A DNA stretch of 32,000 nt from Trichlorobacter lovleyi SZ (GCF_000020385.1 NC_010814.1:3300001-3332000); one strand, 5' to 3'; counted from the first letter of the stretch, positions 1 to 9,006 are shown. A program made the numbers and translations. Notes: generated by a model not told the origin, from the letters alone.

Positions 1-2
1 TC

Positions 3-1919
3 ATGGTGGAGAACTGCTACCGCCGCCTGTCCGAGCTGTCCGAAGAGGAGCGCAAGGCGCAGCGCCTGGAGGTGGTTATTGCCAGCGCCAAACAGGTGGG
101 CCGGGCGATCTTCTTCTCCCTGGCGATCATCGTGCTCTCCTTTGTGCCGGTCTTCCTGCTGGAGGGTCAGGAGGGCAAGCTGTTCCATCCGCTGGCCTTT
201 ACCAAGACCTTCTCCATGATCGGCTCGGCCTTTATCGCCATCACCCTGGTGCCGGTGCTGATGTACTACTTCATGCGGGGCAAGATGCCGCGGGAGGAGT
301 CCAACCCGGTTTCCACCTTCTTTATCCGGCTCTATTCGCCGGTGATCCGCTGGGTACTGGTCTGGAAAAAGACCACCATCGCCCTCAACATCGTTGCGCT
401 GCTGGTGGCGGTGCCGCTCTTCATGCGGCTGGGCAGCGAATTCATGCCGCCCCTGGACGAGGGTTCGCTGCTCTACATGCCGGTGACCCTGCCCAACGTC
501 TCGATCACCGAGGCCAAGCGGATCATCCAGGTGCAGGACAGCATCATCAAGGGTGTGCCTGAGGTGGAATCGGTGCTGGGCAAGGTGGGACGGGCCGAGA
601 CCTCCACCGACCCGGCCCCGGTCTCGATGTTCGAGTCGATCATCATCCTGAAGCCCAAGCAGCAGTGGCGCCCCGGCATCAAAAAGGCCGATATCGTGGC
701 CGAGCTGGACAGCAGGCTGCAGCAGGTGGGGGTCCGTAACGGCTGGACCCAGCCGATCATCAACCGGATCAACATGCTCTCCACCGGGGTGCGGACCGAC
801 CTGGGGGTCAAGATTTTCGGATCAGACCTGAATGTGCTGCGTGACCTGGCGATCCAGGCCGAGGGGATCCTCAAGCCGGTCAAGGGGGCAGCCGACGTGG
901 TGGCTGAGCGGGTCACCGGCGGCAACTACCTGGATATCGAGATCGACCGTGAGGCCGCTGCCCGTTACGGGGTCGGGGTGGAAGAGATCCAGAACGTGAT
1001 CAGCACCGCCCTGGGGGGTGAGATGCTGACCACCACCGTGGAAGGGCGTAACCGCTTCCCGGTCCGTCTGCGCTACCTGCGGGACTACCGTGACAACATC
1101 CCGGCCATCCGCCGCATCCTGGTGGCCGGCATGGGAGGCAGTCAGGTACCGCTCTCGCTGGTGACCAGGCTGAAGGTCTCCACCGGTGCACCGGAGATCA
1201 ACAGCGAAGGCGGCCTGCTGCGCTCGATCGTCTTCCTGAACGTGCGGGGCCGCGACATGGGCGGGTTTGTCAACGAGGCCAAGCAGGTGCTGGAGAAACA
1301 GCTCAAGCTGCCCCCCGGCTACTACGTGGCCTGGTCCGGCCAGTGGGAAAACCAGGTGCGGGCCAAGGCGAGGCTGCAACTGCTGGTGCCGCTGGGGATG
1401 GTGATCATCTTCATCCTGCTCTACTTCACCTTCCACTCGGCCCTGGAGGCCAGCATGGTGATGCTCTCGGTGCCGTTCGCCCTGGTGGGCGGGGTCTATC
1501 TGGTGGCAGCCCTGGGGTACAACATGTCGGTGGCGGTCTGGGTCGGCTTCATCGCCCTCTACGGCATTGCCGTGGAGACCGGGGTGGTGATGGTGATCTA
1601 CCTGCACGAGGCCCTGGACAAGCGTCTGGCCAAGGGTCCGGTCACGGAACAGGATATCTATGATGCCACCTTTGAAGGAGCCGTGCTGCGGCTGCGGCCC
1701 AAGCTGATGACCGTAGCGGTGGCCCTGCTCGGCCTGGTGCCGATCATGTGGTCCAGCGGTACCGGCGCTGACGTGATGAAGCCGATCGCCGCGCCGATGA
1801 TCGGCGGCATGATCTCATCGGCAGTACACGTGCTGATCATGACCCCGGTAATCTTTGTACTGATGAAAAAGCGAGAACTGAAAAAGGGTGCGTTGCACTA
1901 CAGCGGCATGAAGCACTGA
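3..1919 (+). CDS. cusA: CusA/CzcA-family heavy-metal (Cu/Ag) efflux RND inner-membrane pump, C-terminal 638 aa; the 5' end lies outside the window
   Basis: The ORF is open to the window edge. The translation is collinear with the C-terminal half of E. coli CusA as I recall it (NRINMLSTGV, VPFALVGG, AAPMIGGMISS, RPKLMTVAV) and shows RND-type TM blocks. Antisense ORFs at 473-925, 822-1607 and 1000-1191 are Arg/Pro/His-rich GC-shadow ORFs. Confidence 0.9.
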   Translation: MVENCYRRLSELSEEERKAQRLEVVIASAKQVGRAIFFSLAIIVLSFVPVFLLEGQEGKLFHPLAFTKTFSMIGSAFIAITLVPVLMYYFMRGKMPREESNPVSTFFIRLYSPVIRWVLVWKKTTIALNIVALLVAVPLFMRLGSEFMPPLDEGSLLYMPVTLPNVSITEAKRIIQVQDSIIKGVPEVESVLGKVGRAETSTDPAPVSMFESIIILKPKQQWRPGIKKADIVAELDSRLQQVGVRNGWTQPIINRINMLSTGVRTDLGVKIFGSDLNVLRDLAIQAEGILKPVKGAADVVAERVTGGNYLDIEIDREAAARYGVGVEEIQNVISTALGGEMLTTTVEGRNRFPVRLRYLRDYRDNIPAIRRILVAGMGGSQVPLSLVTRLKVSTGAPEINSEGGLLRSIVFLNVRGRDMGGFVNEAKQVLEKQLKLPPGYYVAWSGQWENQVRAKARLQLLVPLGMVIIFILLYFTFHSALEASMVMLSVPFALVGGVYLVAALGYNMSVAVWVGFIALYGIAVETGVVMVIYLHEALDKRLAKGPVTEQDIYDATFEGAVLRLRPKLMTVAVALLGLVPIMWSSGTGADVMKPIAAPMIGGMISSAVHVLIMTPVIFVLMKKRELKKGALHYSGMKH

Positions 1920-1963
1920 CTCAAAACCGGCACCAAACCGAACAAAACAAAAGGAGAAACACC

Positions 1964-2434
1964 ATGAAGAAACTGGTACTCACACTTGCAGCAGTCCTGG
2001 CCCTGGCCGCTCCGGCAGCCTTTGCAGCCGAACATGGCGGTCATGCCGGACACGACATGGCAGGTATGGCCAAGATGGAGGGGGTAGCCTATGAAGCGGT
2101 CATCGATGGCGTCAAGACCACCTTTACCGTGCAGACCATGAAGGAGGCGATGGCAGCGATGGGGATGAAGATGCCGGCCGGGGTCAAGGATACCCATCAT
2201 ATCTCGGTGACCTTCAAGGATCCCAAGAGCGGCAAGGCACTGACCGGCGGCGAGGTGAAGGTCAAGCTGCTGAGCCCTGACAAATCAGAGCAGGTCAAGG
2301 ATCTGATGGGGATGCACGGCCACTTTGGCGGCGATTTCGTGATGACCCAGAAGGGAAAATACGGGGTCATGGCCAAGTTCAAACTGGCTGACGGCAAGAT
2401 ACGCAGCGCCAAGTTCTGGTACAGCGTCAACTAG
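1964..2434 (+). CDS. Periplasmic His/Met-rich putative metal (Cu) binding protein with a signal peptide
   Basis: RBS AAGGAG lies 7 nt upstream of the ATG. The signal peptide is MKKLVLTLAAVLALAAPAAFA|AE. The mature N-terminus is HGGHAGHDMAGMAKME, with further MxM/HxH clusters (MAAMGMKM, MGMHGH). The gene sits 45 nt downstream of cusA. Confidence 0.7.
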   Translation: MKKLVLTLAAVLALAAPAAFAAEHGGHAGHDMAGMAKMEGVAYEAVIDGVKTTFTVQTMKEAMAAMGMKMPAGVKDTHHISVTFKDPKSGKALTGGEVKVKLLSPDKSEQVKDLMGMHGHFGGDFVMTQKGKYGVMAKFKLADGKIRSAKFWYSVN

Positions 2435-2462
2435 GCCGGCATCCTGTGGCGTTGGAAGCCAA

Positions 2463-2491
2463 TTGACATTTATCCGGCCCGCTGTTACAAA
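2463..2491 (+). promoter_or_regulatory. Sigma70-type promoter for the riboswitch-cob operon
   Basis: TTGACA (2463-2468), a 17-nt spacer, then TACAAA (2486-2491), immediately upstream of the riboswitch core. Confidence 0.5.
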
Positions 2492-2494
2492 ACA

Positions 2495-2698
2495 GACTCT
2501 GTGCCAGACAAGGGGAAGCGGGTGCAACTCCCGCGCTGTCCCGCAACTGTAACCATCAGACCGGATCTGATGGGAGCCAGAACACCTTTCTGACACGCGC
2601 TTCAAGGAACCTCCGGGGAAAGAGGGACCGAAGCCGTGGTCTGTTCAACATGGTTTCCGTGCCCCTGTTCCTTTTTTGGGAACAGGGGTTTTTATTTT
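2495..2698 (+). promoter_or_regulatory. Cobalamin (AdoCbl) riboswitch with a terminator expression platform
   Basis: The conserved core aaggggaagcgggtgcaactcccgcgctgtcccgcaactgtaa lies at about 2510-2552. A B12-box-like gggagccagaacacc lies at 2572-2586. An intrinsic terminator follows, directly upstream of cobU. Confidence 0.85.
2662..2698 (+). terminator. Rho-independent terminator (riboswitch OFF-state)
   Basis: Stem cccctgttcc (2662-2671) pairs with ggaacagggg (2679-2688) and is followed by tttttatttt. Confidence 0.8.
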
Positions 2699-2715
2699 GA
2701 CGGCAGGAGGTTCAG

Positions 2716-3249
2716 ATGGCCAACAACACCCTGATCACCGGCGGTGCACGCAGCGGCAAGAGCCGCTTTGCCGAGGAATTGACCCGCAGTTTCGGCCCGT
2801 CACTCTGCTATCTGGCCACAGCCCAACCTCTGGATGATGAAATGGGTGAGCGGATTCACCGGCATCAATTGCGGCGTGGCACCGCCTGGGAAACCCTTGA
2901 GGAACCGCTGATGATCCCCCAGACCCTGGCCCGGATCGACGGCATCTACAGCGCCATTCTGCTGGATTGCGTCACACTCTGGCTCTCAAACCTGCTGCTG
3001 TCCTGCGACGAAAACGATCCCGGCTGCGAAGAACAGGTCTTGAGCCATGTCCACCGGCTGGCCGGTACCCTGCGGGGGATGTCCACTCCGGTGGTGCTGG
3101 TGACCAATGAAGTCGGCCAGGGCATTGTGCCGGAAAACCGTCTAGGGCGGCTCTACCGCGACATTGCCGGGCAGGCCAACCAGCTGCTGGCTGCCGGCTG
3201 TGATGCCGTCTACGTCACGATCAGCGGCATCCCGCTGAAACTCAAATAA
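2716..3249 (+). CDS. cobU: Bifunctional adenosylcobinamide kinase / adenosylcobinamide-phosphate guanylyltransferase
   Basis: RBS AGGAGG is present. The N-terminal P-loop is [15 protein letters not shown]. The length is 177 aa and the gene is first after the B12 riboswitch. Confidence 0.9.
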   Translation: MANNTLITGGARSGKSRFAEELTRSFGPSLCYLATAQPLDDEMGERIHRHQLRRGTAWETLEEPLMIPQTLARIDGIYSAILLDCVTLWLSNLLLSCDENDPGCEEQVLSHVHRLAGTLRGMSTPVVLVTNEVGQGIVPENRLGRLYRDIAGQANQLLAAGCDAVYVTISGIPLKLK

Positions 3250-3265
3250 CCTGAAGGACTCTTCC

Positions 3266-4324
3266 ATGAACCTGCTAGAAACCACGCTTGCCCGGATCAC
3301 CCCCCTTGACGCCGACCTGCTGCAACAGACCCAGCTCCGGCTGGATAACAAGACCAAACCACCGGGGTCACTGGGCCGGCTGGAGGAATTTGCCCGCCGG
3401 GTGGTTGCCATCAGCGGCAAAGCAGTCCCTGACCTCGCCAAAAAAGTGATCTTCACCTTTGCCGGTGACCACGGCGTGGTTGAGGAAGGGGTATCGGCCT
3501 TTCCCAAGGAGGTGACCCCCCAGATGGTGTTCAACTTCCTGCGCGGCGGGGCCGGGGTGAATGTGCTGGCCCGCCATGCCGGGGCCGAGGTGCGGGTGGT
3601 GGATGTGGGGGTTGATTTTGATTTTGAAGACTGCCCCGGCCTGCTGCATAAAAAGGTGGCCCGCGGCACCCGTAACCTGGCCAAAGGCCCGGCCATGACC
3701 CGCGACGAGGCCCTGGCTGCCCTGGCTGTCGGGATTGAGCTGGCTGAGCAGTGCAGCCGGGACGGGGTCGGTCTGGTGGGGACCGGCGAGATGGGGATCG
3801 GCAACACCACCCCCTCATCGGCCATTATCGCCGCCATTGGCGGTTTCTCGCCGGAGCAGGTCACCCATCGCGGCACCGGTATCAACGACCAGGCCCTGCA
3901 GATCAAGATCACTGCCATCAAGAAAGGGCTTGAACTGAACCGGCCCGACCCGACGGACCCGCTGGATGTGCTGATCAAGGTGGGCGGGCTGGAGATTGCC
4001 GCCATTGCCGGACTGGTGCTGGGCTGCGCGGCCAACCGGATTCCGGTGGTGGTGGACGGCTTTATCTCCACCGCCGGGGCGTTAATCGCCTCGGAACTGC
4101 ACCCCCAGGTGCGGGAATACCTGTTTGCCGCCCACGAGTCGGTTGAGGTGGGCCACCGCTTCATGCTGGAGCGGATCGGCGCCCGCCCCATGCTGGCCCT
4201 AGACCTGCGACTGGGGGAAGGGACCGGCGCAGCCCTGGCCATGCACCTGATTGAGGCCGGGGTCAAGATCCTGCTGGAGATGGCCACCTTTGAACAGGCC
4301 GGTGTCACCGGGAAACAGGAGTAG
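3266..4324 (+). CDS. cobT: Nicotinate-nucleotide--dimethylbenzimidazole phosphoribosyltransferase
   Basis: Typical CobT strings are present: [41 protein letters not shown]. The 388-aa antisense ORF (3142-4308) is Ser/Arg/Pro-rich shadow. Confidence 0.9.
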   Translation: MNLLETTLARITPLDADLLQQTQLRLDNKTKPPGSLGRLEEFARRVVAISGKAVPDLAKKVIFTFAGDHGVVEEGVSAFPKEVTPQMVFNFLRGGAGVNVLARHAGAEVRVVDVGVDFDFEDCPGLLHKKVARGTRNLAKGPAMTRDEALAALAVGIELAEQCSRDGVGLVGTGEMGIGNTTPSSAIIAAIGGFSPEQVTHRGTGINDQALQIKITAIKKGLELNRPDPTDPLDVLIKVGGLEIAAIAGLVLGCAANRIPVVVDGFISTAGALIASELHPQVREYLFAAHESVEVGHRFMLERIGARPMLALDLRLGEGTGAALAMHLIEAGVKILLEMATFEQAGVTGKQE

Positions 4325-4332
4325 GGCCGACG

Positions 4333-5088
4333 ATGCGCCGCTTCCTGATCGCGCTGCAGTTTCTGACGATTCTGCCGGTCCCCTCGCCCAAAAGCTGTGA
4401 GGCCGACGACCTGGGCCGTTCAACCGCCTGGTTTCCGCTGGTGGGGCTGTGCATCGGCGGACTGCTGCTGCTGGCTGATCTGGCGCTGACCCCGCTCTTC
4501 CCCCGGCACCTGACCGATGCCCTGCTGGTGGCCCTGCTGGCCATTATCACCGGCGCCCTGCACCTGGATGGTCTGGCCGACGTCTGCGACGGCCTGGCAG
4601 CCCGGGGCAGTAAAGAGCGTTTTCTGGCGATCATGAAGGACTCCCGCACGGGAGCGATCGGCGCGGTTGGCCTGATCCTGCTGCTGCTGCTCAAGTATGC
4701 GGCCCTGCTGGCGGTGCCGATCTACCTGAAACGGGCCACCCTGCTGCTGTTCCCGCTTCTGGGCCGCTTCACCCAGGTGCTGGTCATGACCGGCGCCCGG
4801 GCCGCCCGGAGCGATGGCCTGGGGCTCTGTTTCCTCTCCGGCATCACCGGCACCCAGTTCTCACTGGCAGCGGCCTGCACCATCCCGCTCTGCTGGCTGC
4901 TCGGCCACTCAGGCGGGGTTGTTGCCCTCGGCCTGACCGCGGTCTGGGGCCTTGCCGTCAGACGCTACTTCACCCGGCGTCTGGGCGGCATCAGCGGTGA
5001 CATTGTCGGCTTCAGCAGTGAAATTGCCGAGCTGCTGGCCCTGCTTGCCGTTACCGCAACCACTACACTACTGACGAGGTACCTATGA
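4333..5088 (+). CDS. cobS: Adenosylcobinamide-GDP ribazoletransferase (cobalamin synthase)
   Basis: The N-terminus is FLIALQFLTILPVP. The protein is polytopic and carries the HLDGLAD motif. Its stop overlaps the cobC start (ATGA). Confidence 0.9.
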   Translation: MRRFLIALQFLTILPVPSPKSCEADDLGRSTAWFPLVGLCIGGLLLLADLALTPLFPRHLTDALLVALLAIITGALHLDGLADVCDGLAARGSKERFLAIMKDSRTGAIGAVGLILLLLLKYAALLAVPIYLKRATLLLFPLLGRFTQVLVMTGARAARSDGLGLCFLSGITGTQFSLAAACTIPLCWLLGHSGGVVALGLTAVWGLAVRRYFTRRLGGISGDIVGFSSEIAELLALLAVTATTTLLTRYL

Positions 5089-5687
5089 CCAGCATGACCC
5101 GCCTCTACCTGATCCGCCATGGTCAGGTGCAAGGCTTTGAACAGCGCCGCTACAACGGACACGCCGATGTTGCCCTGACCGACCTGGGGGTTGAACAGTA
5201 CCATCTGCTGAAGGATCGACTGGCTGACAGCCATATCTCGGCCTGCTACTCCAGCGACCTGACCCGCTGCAAGATCGGCGCAAACATCATCTGTGAACAG
5301 TTCGGGATAGAGCCGGTCCACCGTTCAGAGCTGCGCGAACTGAATATCGGTATCTGGGAAAGCCTGACCTGGCAGGAGATCCAGAGCCGCTGGCCCAATG
5401 AATGGCAGGCCCGCCTGAACGACCTGGTCAACTACCGGGTGCCGGAGGGGGAAAACCTGCTGGATGTGGAGGCCAGGGCCATGCCGGTGGTACGTGAAAT
5501 GCTGGAACGCCATCGTGGGCAGGAACTGCTGTTGGTGGGACACGGCGGTCTGAACCGGATCATCCTCTTGAATGCCATCGGGGCACCGCTGATCAACATG
5601 TTCAACATTGAGCAGAACTACGGCTGCCTGAATATCATCGACTACTATGCCGACGGCCGGGCAACGGTCAAGTTGCTGAACGGCTAA
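5085..5687 (+). CDS. cobC: Alpha-ribazole phosphatase (histidine phosphatase family)
   Basis: RHG motif (LYLIRHGQ) and GHGG motif are present. The length is 200 aa and the gene is translationally coupled to cobS. Confidence 0.8.
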   Translation: MTSMTRLYLIRHGQVQGFEQRRYNGHADVALTDLGVEQYHLLKDRLADSHISACYSSDLTRCKIGANIICEQFGIEPVHRSELRELNIGIWESLTWQEIQSRWPNEWQARLNDLVNYRVPEGENLLDVEARAMPVVREMLERHRGQELLLVGHGGLNRIILLNAIGAPLINMFNIEQNYGCLNIIDYYADGRATVKLLNG

Positions 5688-5716
5688 TCAACGACGTACT
5701 CTCCTTCAAACAAACT

Positions 5717-5758
5717 ATCCCCCGGCTTCACTCAACCGAAACCGGGGGATGTTTTGTT
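5717..5758 (+). terminator. Rho-independent terminator of the cob operon
   Basis: Stem atcccccgg (5717-5725) pairs with ccgggggat (5742-5750) and is followed by gttttgtt. Confidence 0.7.
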
Positions 5759-5784
5759 GGCACGCGCTCACGATTCCAATTACA

Positions 5785-5888
5785 GTTCAAGGATGATAGC
5801 ACGGCGGCGAAGGGCTCGGCGACGCAGGCGTACCTGCAGTACGTCGAGAAGCCGAGGCCAAGCCAACAAAGCTAGCGCCTTGAAATGG
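5785..5888 (+). repeat. Structured repeat family, copy A (core 5803-5867)
   Basis: Collinear blocks ggcggcga, ggcgacgcaggcgtacc, cgtcgag and aagccaac are shared with the reverse complement of 24599-24664 and, more loosely, with 26781-26846. The internal hairpin is cgtac-ctgca-gtacg. The copy overlaps the last ~5 codons and stop of the 5872-8772 gene. Confidence 0.7.
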
Positions 5889-8772
5889 AATTGGACTTGC
5901 GCTGAATATCCACCGTGGTCATCAACCCCTCCGGCGTAAACGTCAGCCGGGCATTAACCCGCTCCAGCGAATTGATCAGCCGCATGGTGGCTGAACTCTG
6001 ATCACTGAAGGCCGGCTGTTTGGGATGGTAGCGGTTACCGTGGACGGAACAGACAACCGCGCCGCTGGCCTCATCCAGACGGTATGTTCCACCTGACGGG
6101 CAGTAGGGCTGATAGCCGCGCAACGCCTCGGCGGTGGAGGCGAAGCTGTCCGGCGGCAGGCCCAGATTGCGCATCAGGATCGCGGCCAGGGGAAGATTCT
6201 TCTGGCAGGCATGGCGGAGATCCTCCTGATAACCGATACTGGAGGCCTCTTCCAGCTGCTTGAAGGCGGAACGGTAGACCGACAGCTCCATGTTCCCCGC
6301 ATGTTTTTCCACCTTTTGGGTTGTTCCCTTGGCCGAGGCATCCAGCAGGTCGGTCACGATATCACGCCGGGAGGCGATCACCAGCCGGTCATTCACCACT
6401 GCGGCATAGAGCCGCAGCTTGACCACAAACAGGGTGAAGTTGGCCACGTAGACCGGCTTGCCACGATGGTTTTCCAGGCTGTAGGTCTCCAGAGAAAGCT
6501 CATCCCGGCTGGAGTTTCCGGGGCCGACGGCCTGAAACAGCGCCGGGATGGACTGTTCCGCCTTTTTAGGGTCAGTGACCTTGACGGTCAGGTAGGTCGG
6601 CAGGTTGATGGCCGAGGCCAGATAGCCGATCACCAGCGGCTCAATCGAAGATGATCGTCCCACTTCCCGTCCCAGCAGCCCTGCAGCGCGGCCATCGGCA
6701 CTGAACAGGATCTGGCCGTCACACAGGTTGATGGCGACCTCATTTCCCAGCCAGTCCAGCTGCAGGTTGTTCCGGTAGATCCGTTTGTTGCCCAGCAGAT
6801 TCTTTTCCAGCCAATCCTGGGCCATGTGTCCCCGCAGGGAGAAGACCGTCCGCGGCAGCAGGGCGCTGTCGGTAACAACGCCGGGGTTCCGGCCCGAGAA
6901 GGCGGCCAGACCGTCATACCAGGAGTTTTCAATCAACGGCAGGATGCAGGTCTGGATACGGATGTTCCGGCCCAGCTTGACCCGGATGCCGATCGGATCA
7001 AAGAACTGGGTCCAGTAGCGGTTGTAGTTCTCGACAAAGCCCTTGTACTGTGCCGCCTCTTCAGGCGTTACTGCGGCAAGTTTCAGCTCGTTCAGCGGCG
7101 TCAGTCTTCCGGGACGGTTGTGCACCGGGCAGTAGACCTCACCCCGGGCATCGATTGCGTAGGCGCCATGTTCAGGGCAGACCGGCGGGTTCTTGCCCAG
7201 ATACCCGCCTGCCACCAGTTCAGCCATGCCGGGTTCCCGCCGCCTCTCTGCCTTGAACCAGAGCCGGGCATTGGCAATCAGCCCCATGTTGGCGCTGCAC
7301 TGCATCCGGCGGGCCTCGGCAATCTTCCAGTGCGGCCCCACCAGGTTGCGGATATGGGCATCGGAAAGGTAGATGAAGATATCCTCTTCCTTGGCATCCT
7401 GGGGAAAGATGGTGCGCATGTAGCGGAAGTCATCGGCCTGGGCCAGGGCCGGCGCCTGCCGTGCCTCCACCGCCAGCACCCGCTCCAGGGCGGCCTGACT
7501 GGTGGATACCACGGCAAGGTTCTTGATGATCACGGCGTAGGACGATACCCGGCGATCGGCGGAGACCGCAGCAATAACGTTCCTGCCGTGCAGTTCCGAG
7601 ACCGACTGGACAGCACCGCGACTACGGGCAGCCTCGGCATACTGTTTTTCCAGCTGCTTGCGAAACCGGCCGGCATCCTTGAGGCTGAACAGCACGGTAA
7701 CCGCCGTCCCCTCCTTCAGAAAGGGATCGCTGCCGGTAATGGCCATATCCGCCACCACCCGGTCACCAAACATCCGTGTCAACAGGCTGTTCTCAAGACA
7801 GAGCTGCCTGCTGACCTTCTCCCGCACCTTGAAATCCTGGGCACTGCTTTCCACCTGGCGCAACAGGTTGCCGCCCCATTCGTCCATCAAGTCGGCCAGT
7901 TCGATCTGTTTGTTGATATCATTAAAGAACACGGCATACTGGTCATCAGGTATAGAGGATGCCAACAGCGGCAGCGCAGGACTCCTCCCCTTCAGCATCT
8001 CCTTGAAGGGGTGCGATTTGATCTGCGGCCCCTGCAGGCCTACAAGGCTGACAGGTTGTTCCCTGCTAGCGGCAACGCGGGCATTGGCCCCGTTCAACAG
8101 CTCCAGCTGCAGCGTCTCCTGAATCGCCGCAGCACCGGTAAAGACGCTGTAGAGGTCGGGGCTTTCGCGGCGGGAACGGTTTCTGCTACCGGGCAGCTGA
8201 GCTTCAAGGCCATAGCGGGGGGCGATCGCCAGATTCCAGTACTGGCTGTAGGCATCATCGCCCTCGGGGTCTGACCTCCAGAGCGACCATTGGTACTGCT
8301 TGGCCCACTCGCTCCTGATGGTGGCATCGCCGGTGGCATCGGCATCCGGCAGGGTAAAGGCCAGGCGCAGCAGATCACCCTTTGCGGTACGGCTCTGAAT
8401 GGCAAGCTGAGCCGGGCCGGGCTTCAGGTACCGGCCGGTAACCGTAATCATTTCTTCGGTCTGCTCAAGCCGGACCTGTCCTGCTTCGTCAGCATCCGTA
8501 TGGGTATGCCGCCCCTTTGCAGGGGTCAGCAGGTTGACGGTCACCAGAAAGATATCACCATCCTCAACCCTGGGGGTAAGTAGCAGGGGCTGCTTTGTGC
8601 TGCTCTTTGGCAACTTCGTTACAATCCGGAAATACCCCTCATCACCGTTCCTATAGATCTCCGGCACAACCGTAACAGCGGGGGGTGCGCTGATCTTGAC
8701 CGCTGCAACGGCCCCCAGGGCGGCAACGACCAACAACGCGGCCAGCAACGGCACCACTAGACGTCGAGACAT
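5872..8772 (-). CDS. Large secreted protein of unknown function (966 aa) with two pseudopilin-like Cys modules
   Basis: RBS AAAGGAG lies 6 nt upstream of the ATG at 8772, which is preferred over the ORF-track start at 8805. The signal peptide is MSRRLVVPLLAALLVVAALGAVAA. Amino-acid composition is balanced, unlike the 482-aa antisense ORF (6826-8274). An internal duplicated module is present (see findings). Confidence 0.8.
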   Translation of the reverse strand: MSRRLVVPLLAALLVVAALGAVAAVKISAPPAVTVVPEIYRNGDEGYFRIVTKLPKSSTKQPLLLTPRVEDGDIFLVTVNLLTPAKGRHTHTDADEAGQVRLEQTEEMITVTGRYLKPGPAQLAIQSRTAKGDLLRLAFTLPDADATGDATIRSEWAKQYQWSLWRSDPEGDDAYSQYWNLAIAPRYGLEAQLPGSRNRSRRESPDLYSVFTGAAAIQETLQLELLNGANARVAASREQPVSLVGLQGPQIKSHPFKEMLKGRSPALPLLASSIPDDQYAVFFNDINKQIELADLMDEWGGNLLRQVESSAQDFKVREKVSRQLCLENSLLTRMFGDRVVADMAITGSDPFLKEGTAVTVLFSLKDAGRFRKQLEKQYAEAARSRGAVQSVSELHGRNVIAAVSADRRVSSYAVIIKNLAVVSTSQAALERVLAVEARQAPALAQADDFRYMRTIFPQDAKEEDIFIYLSDAHIRNLVGPHWKIAEARRMQCSANMGLIANARLWFKAERRREPGMAELVAGGYLGKNPPVCPEHGAYAIDARGEVYCPVHNRPGRLTPLNELKLAAVTPEEAAQYKGFVENYNRYWTQFFDPIGIRVKLGRNIRIQTCILPLIENSWYDGLAAFSGRNPGVVTDSALLPRTVFSLRGHMAQDWLEKNLLGNKRIYRNNLQLDWLGNEVAINLCDGQILFSADGRAAGLLGREVGRSSSIEPLVIGYLASAINLPTYLTVKVTDPKKAEQSIPALFQAVGPGNSSRDELSLETYSLENHRGKPVYVANFTLFVVKLRLYAAVVNDRLVIASRRDIVTDLLDASAKGTTQKVEKHAGNMELSVYRSAFKQLEEASSIGYQEDLRHACQKNLPLAAILMRNLGLPPDSFASTAEALRGYQPYCPSGGTYRLDEASGAVVCSVHGNRYHPKQPAFSDQSSATMRLINSLERVNARLTFTPEGLMTTVDIQRKSNSISRR

Positions 8773-8817
8773 ATACGCTCCTTTCACCTGCACAAATTCA
8801 AACACGGGATTCCTCTT

Positions 8818-8833
8818 TGCACAGAGCGAACCA
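8818..8833 (-). promoter_or_regulatory. Candidate sigma54 -24/-12 element upstream of the 966-aa gene
   Basis: The minus strand reads TGGTTCGCTCTGTGCA. GG and GC have the correct 10-nt spacing, and the element lies about 45 nt upstream of the ATG. The match to TGGCACG-N4-TTGCW is only partial. Confidence 0.3.
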
Positions 8834-8970
8834 AGCCCCTAAAATTTAAAAAACAAAGCAATTTCAAATGAACACCGGCAGCCAGAGGCGACACCGCCCT
8901 GCGCCATCAGGCATTGGATGCACAACCGGCCAACATGCCATGTACTGCCATTCCGGTAGCCACGTCCCGG

Positions 8971-9006
8971 AAAACAAAAATGGGCTGCCCCAAAGGGCAA
9001 CCCATT
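8971..9006 (-). terminator. Rho-independent terminator after the DUF3467-like gene
   Basis: The minus strand reads aatgggttgccc-tttg-gggcagcccatt followed by tttttgtttt. Confidence 0.7.

Noticed and set aside
822-1607. A 261-aa minus-strand ORF, plus 473-925 and 1000-1191, antisense to cusA.
   Set aside because: The composition is His/Pro/Gly/Arg/Asp-rich and there is no RBS. The ORFs lie entirely inside a gene with a strong family match, so they are typical GC-rich shadow ORFs.
3142-4308. A 388-aa minus-strand ORF antisense to cobT.
   Set aside because: The composition is Ser/Arg/Pro/Ala-rich and low in complexity. The plus-strand frame carries unmistakable CobT motifs.
5754-5939. A 61-aa plus-strand ORF with a poly-Arg run (ARRRRARRRRRT).
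   Set aside because: It is produced by reading through repeat copy A. The reading frame is not conserved among the three repeat copies because indels shift it.
6826-8274. A 482-aa plus-strand ORF, and other plus-strand ORFs from 6211 to 8583, opposite the 966-aa gene.
   Set aside because: The composition is Gly/Arg/Pro/His/Gln-rich, with no RBS or signal features. The minus frame is twice as long, with an RBS, a signal peptide and internally duplicated modules.
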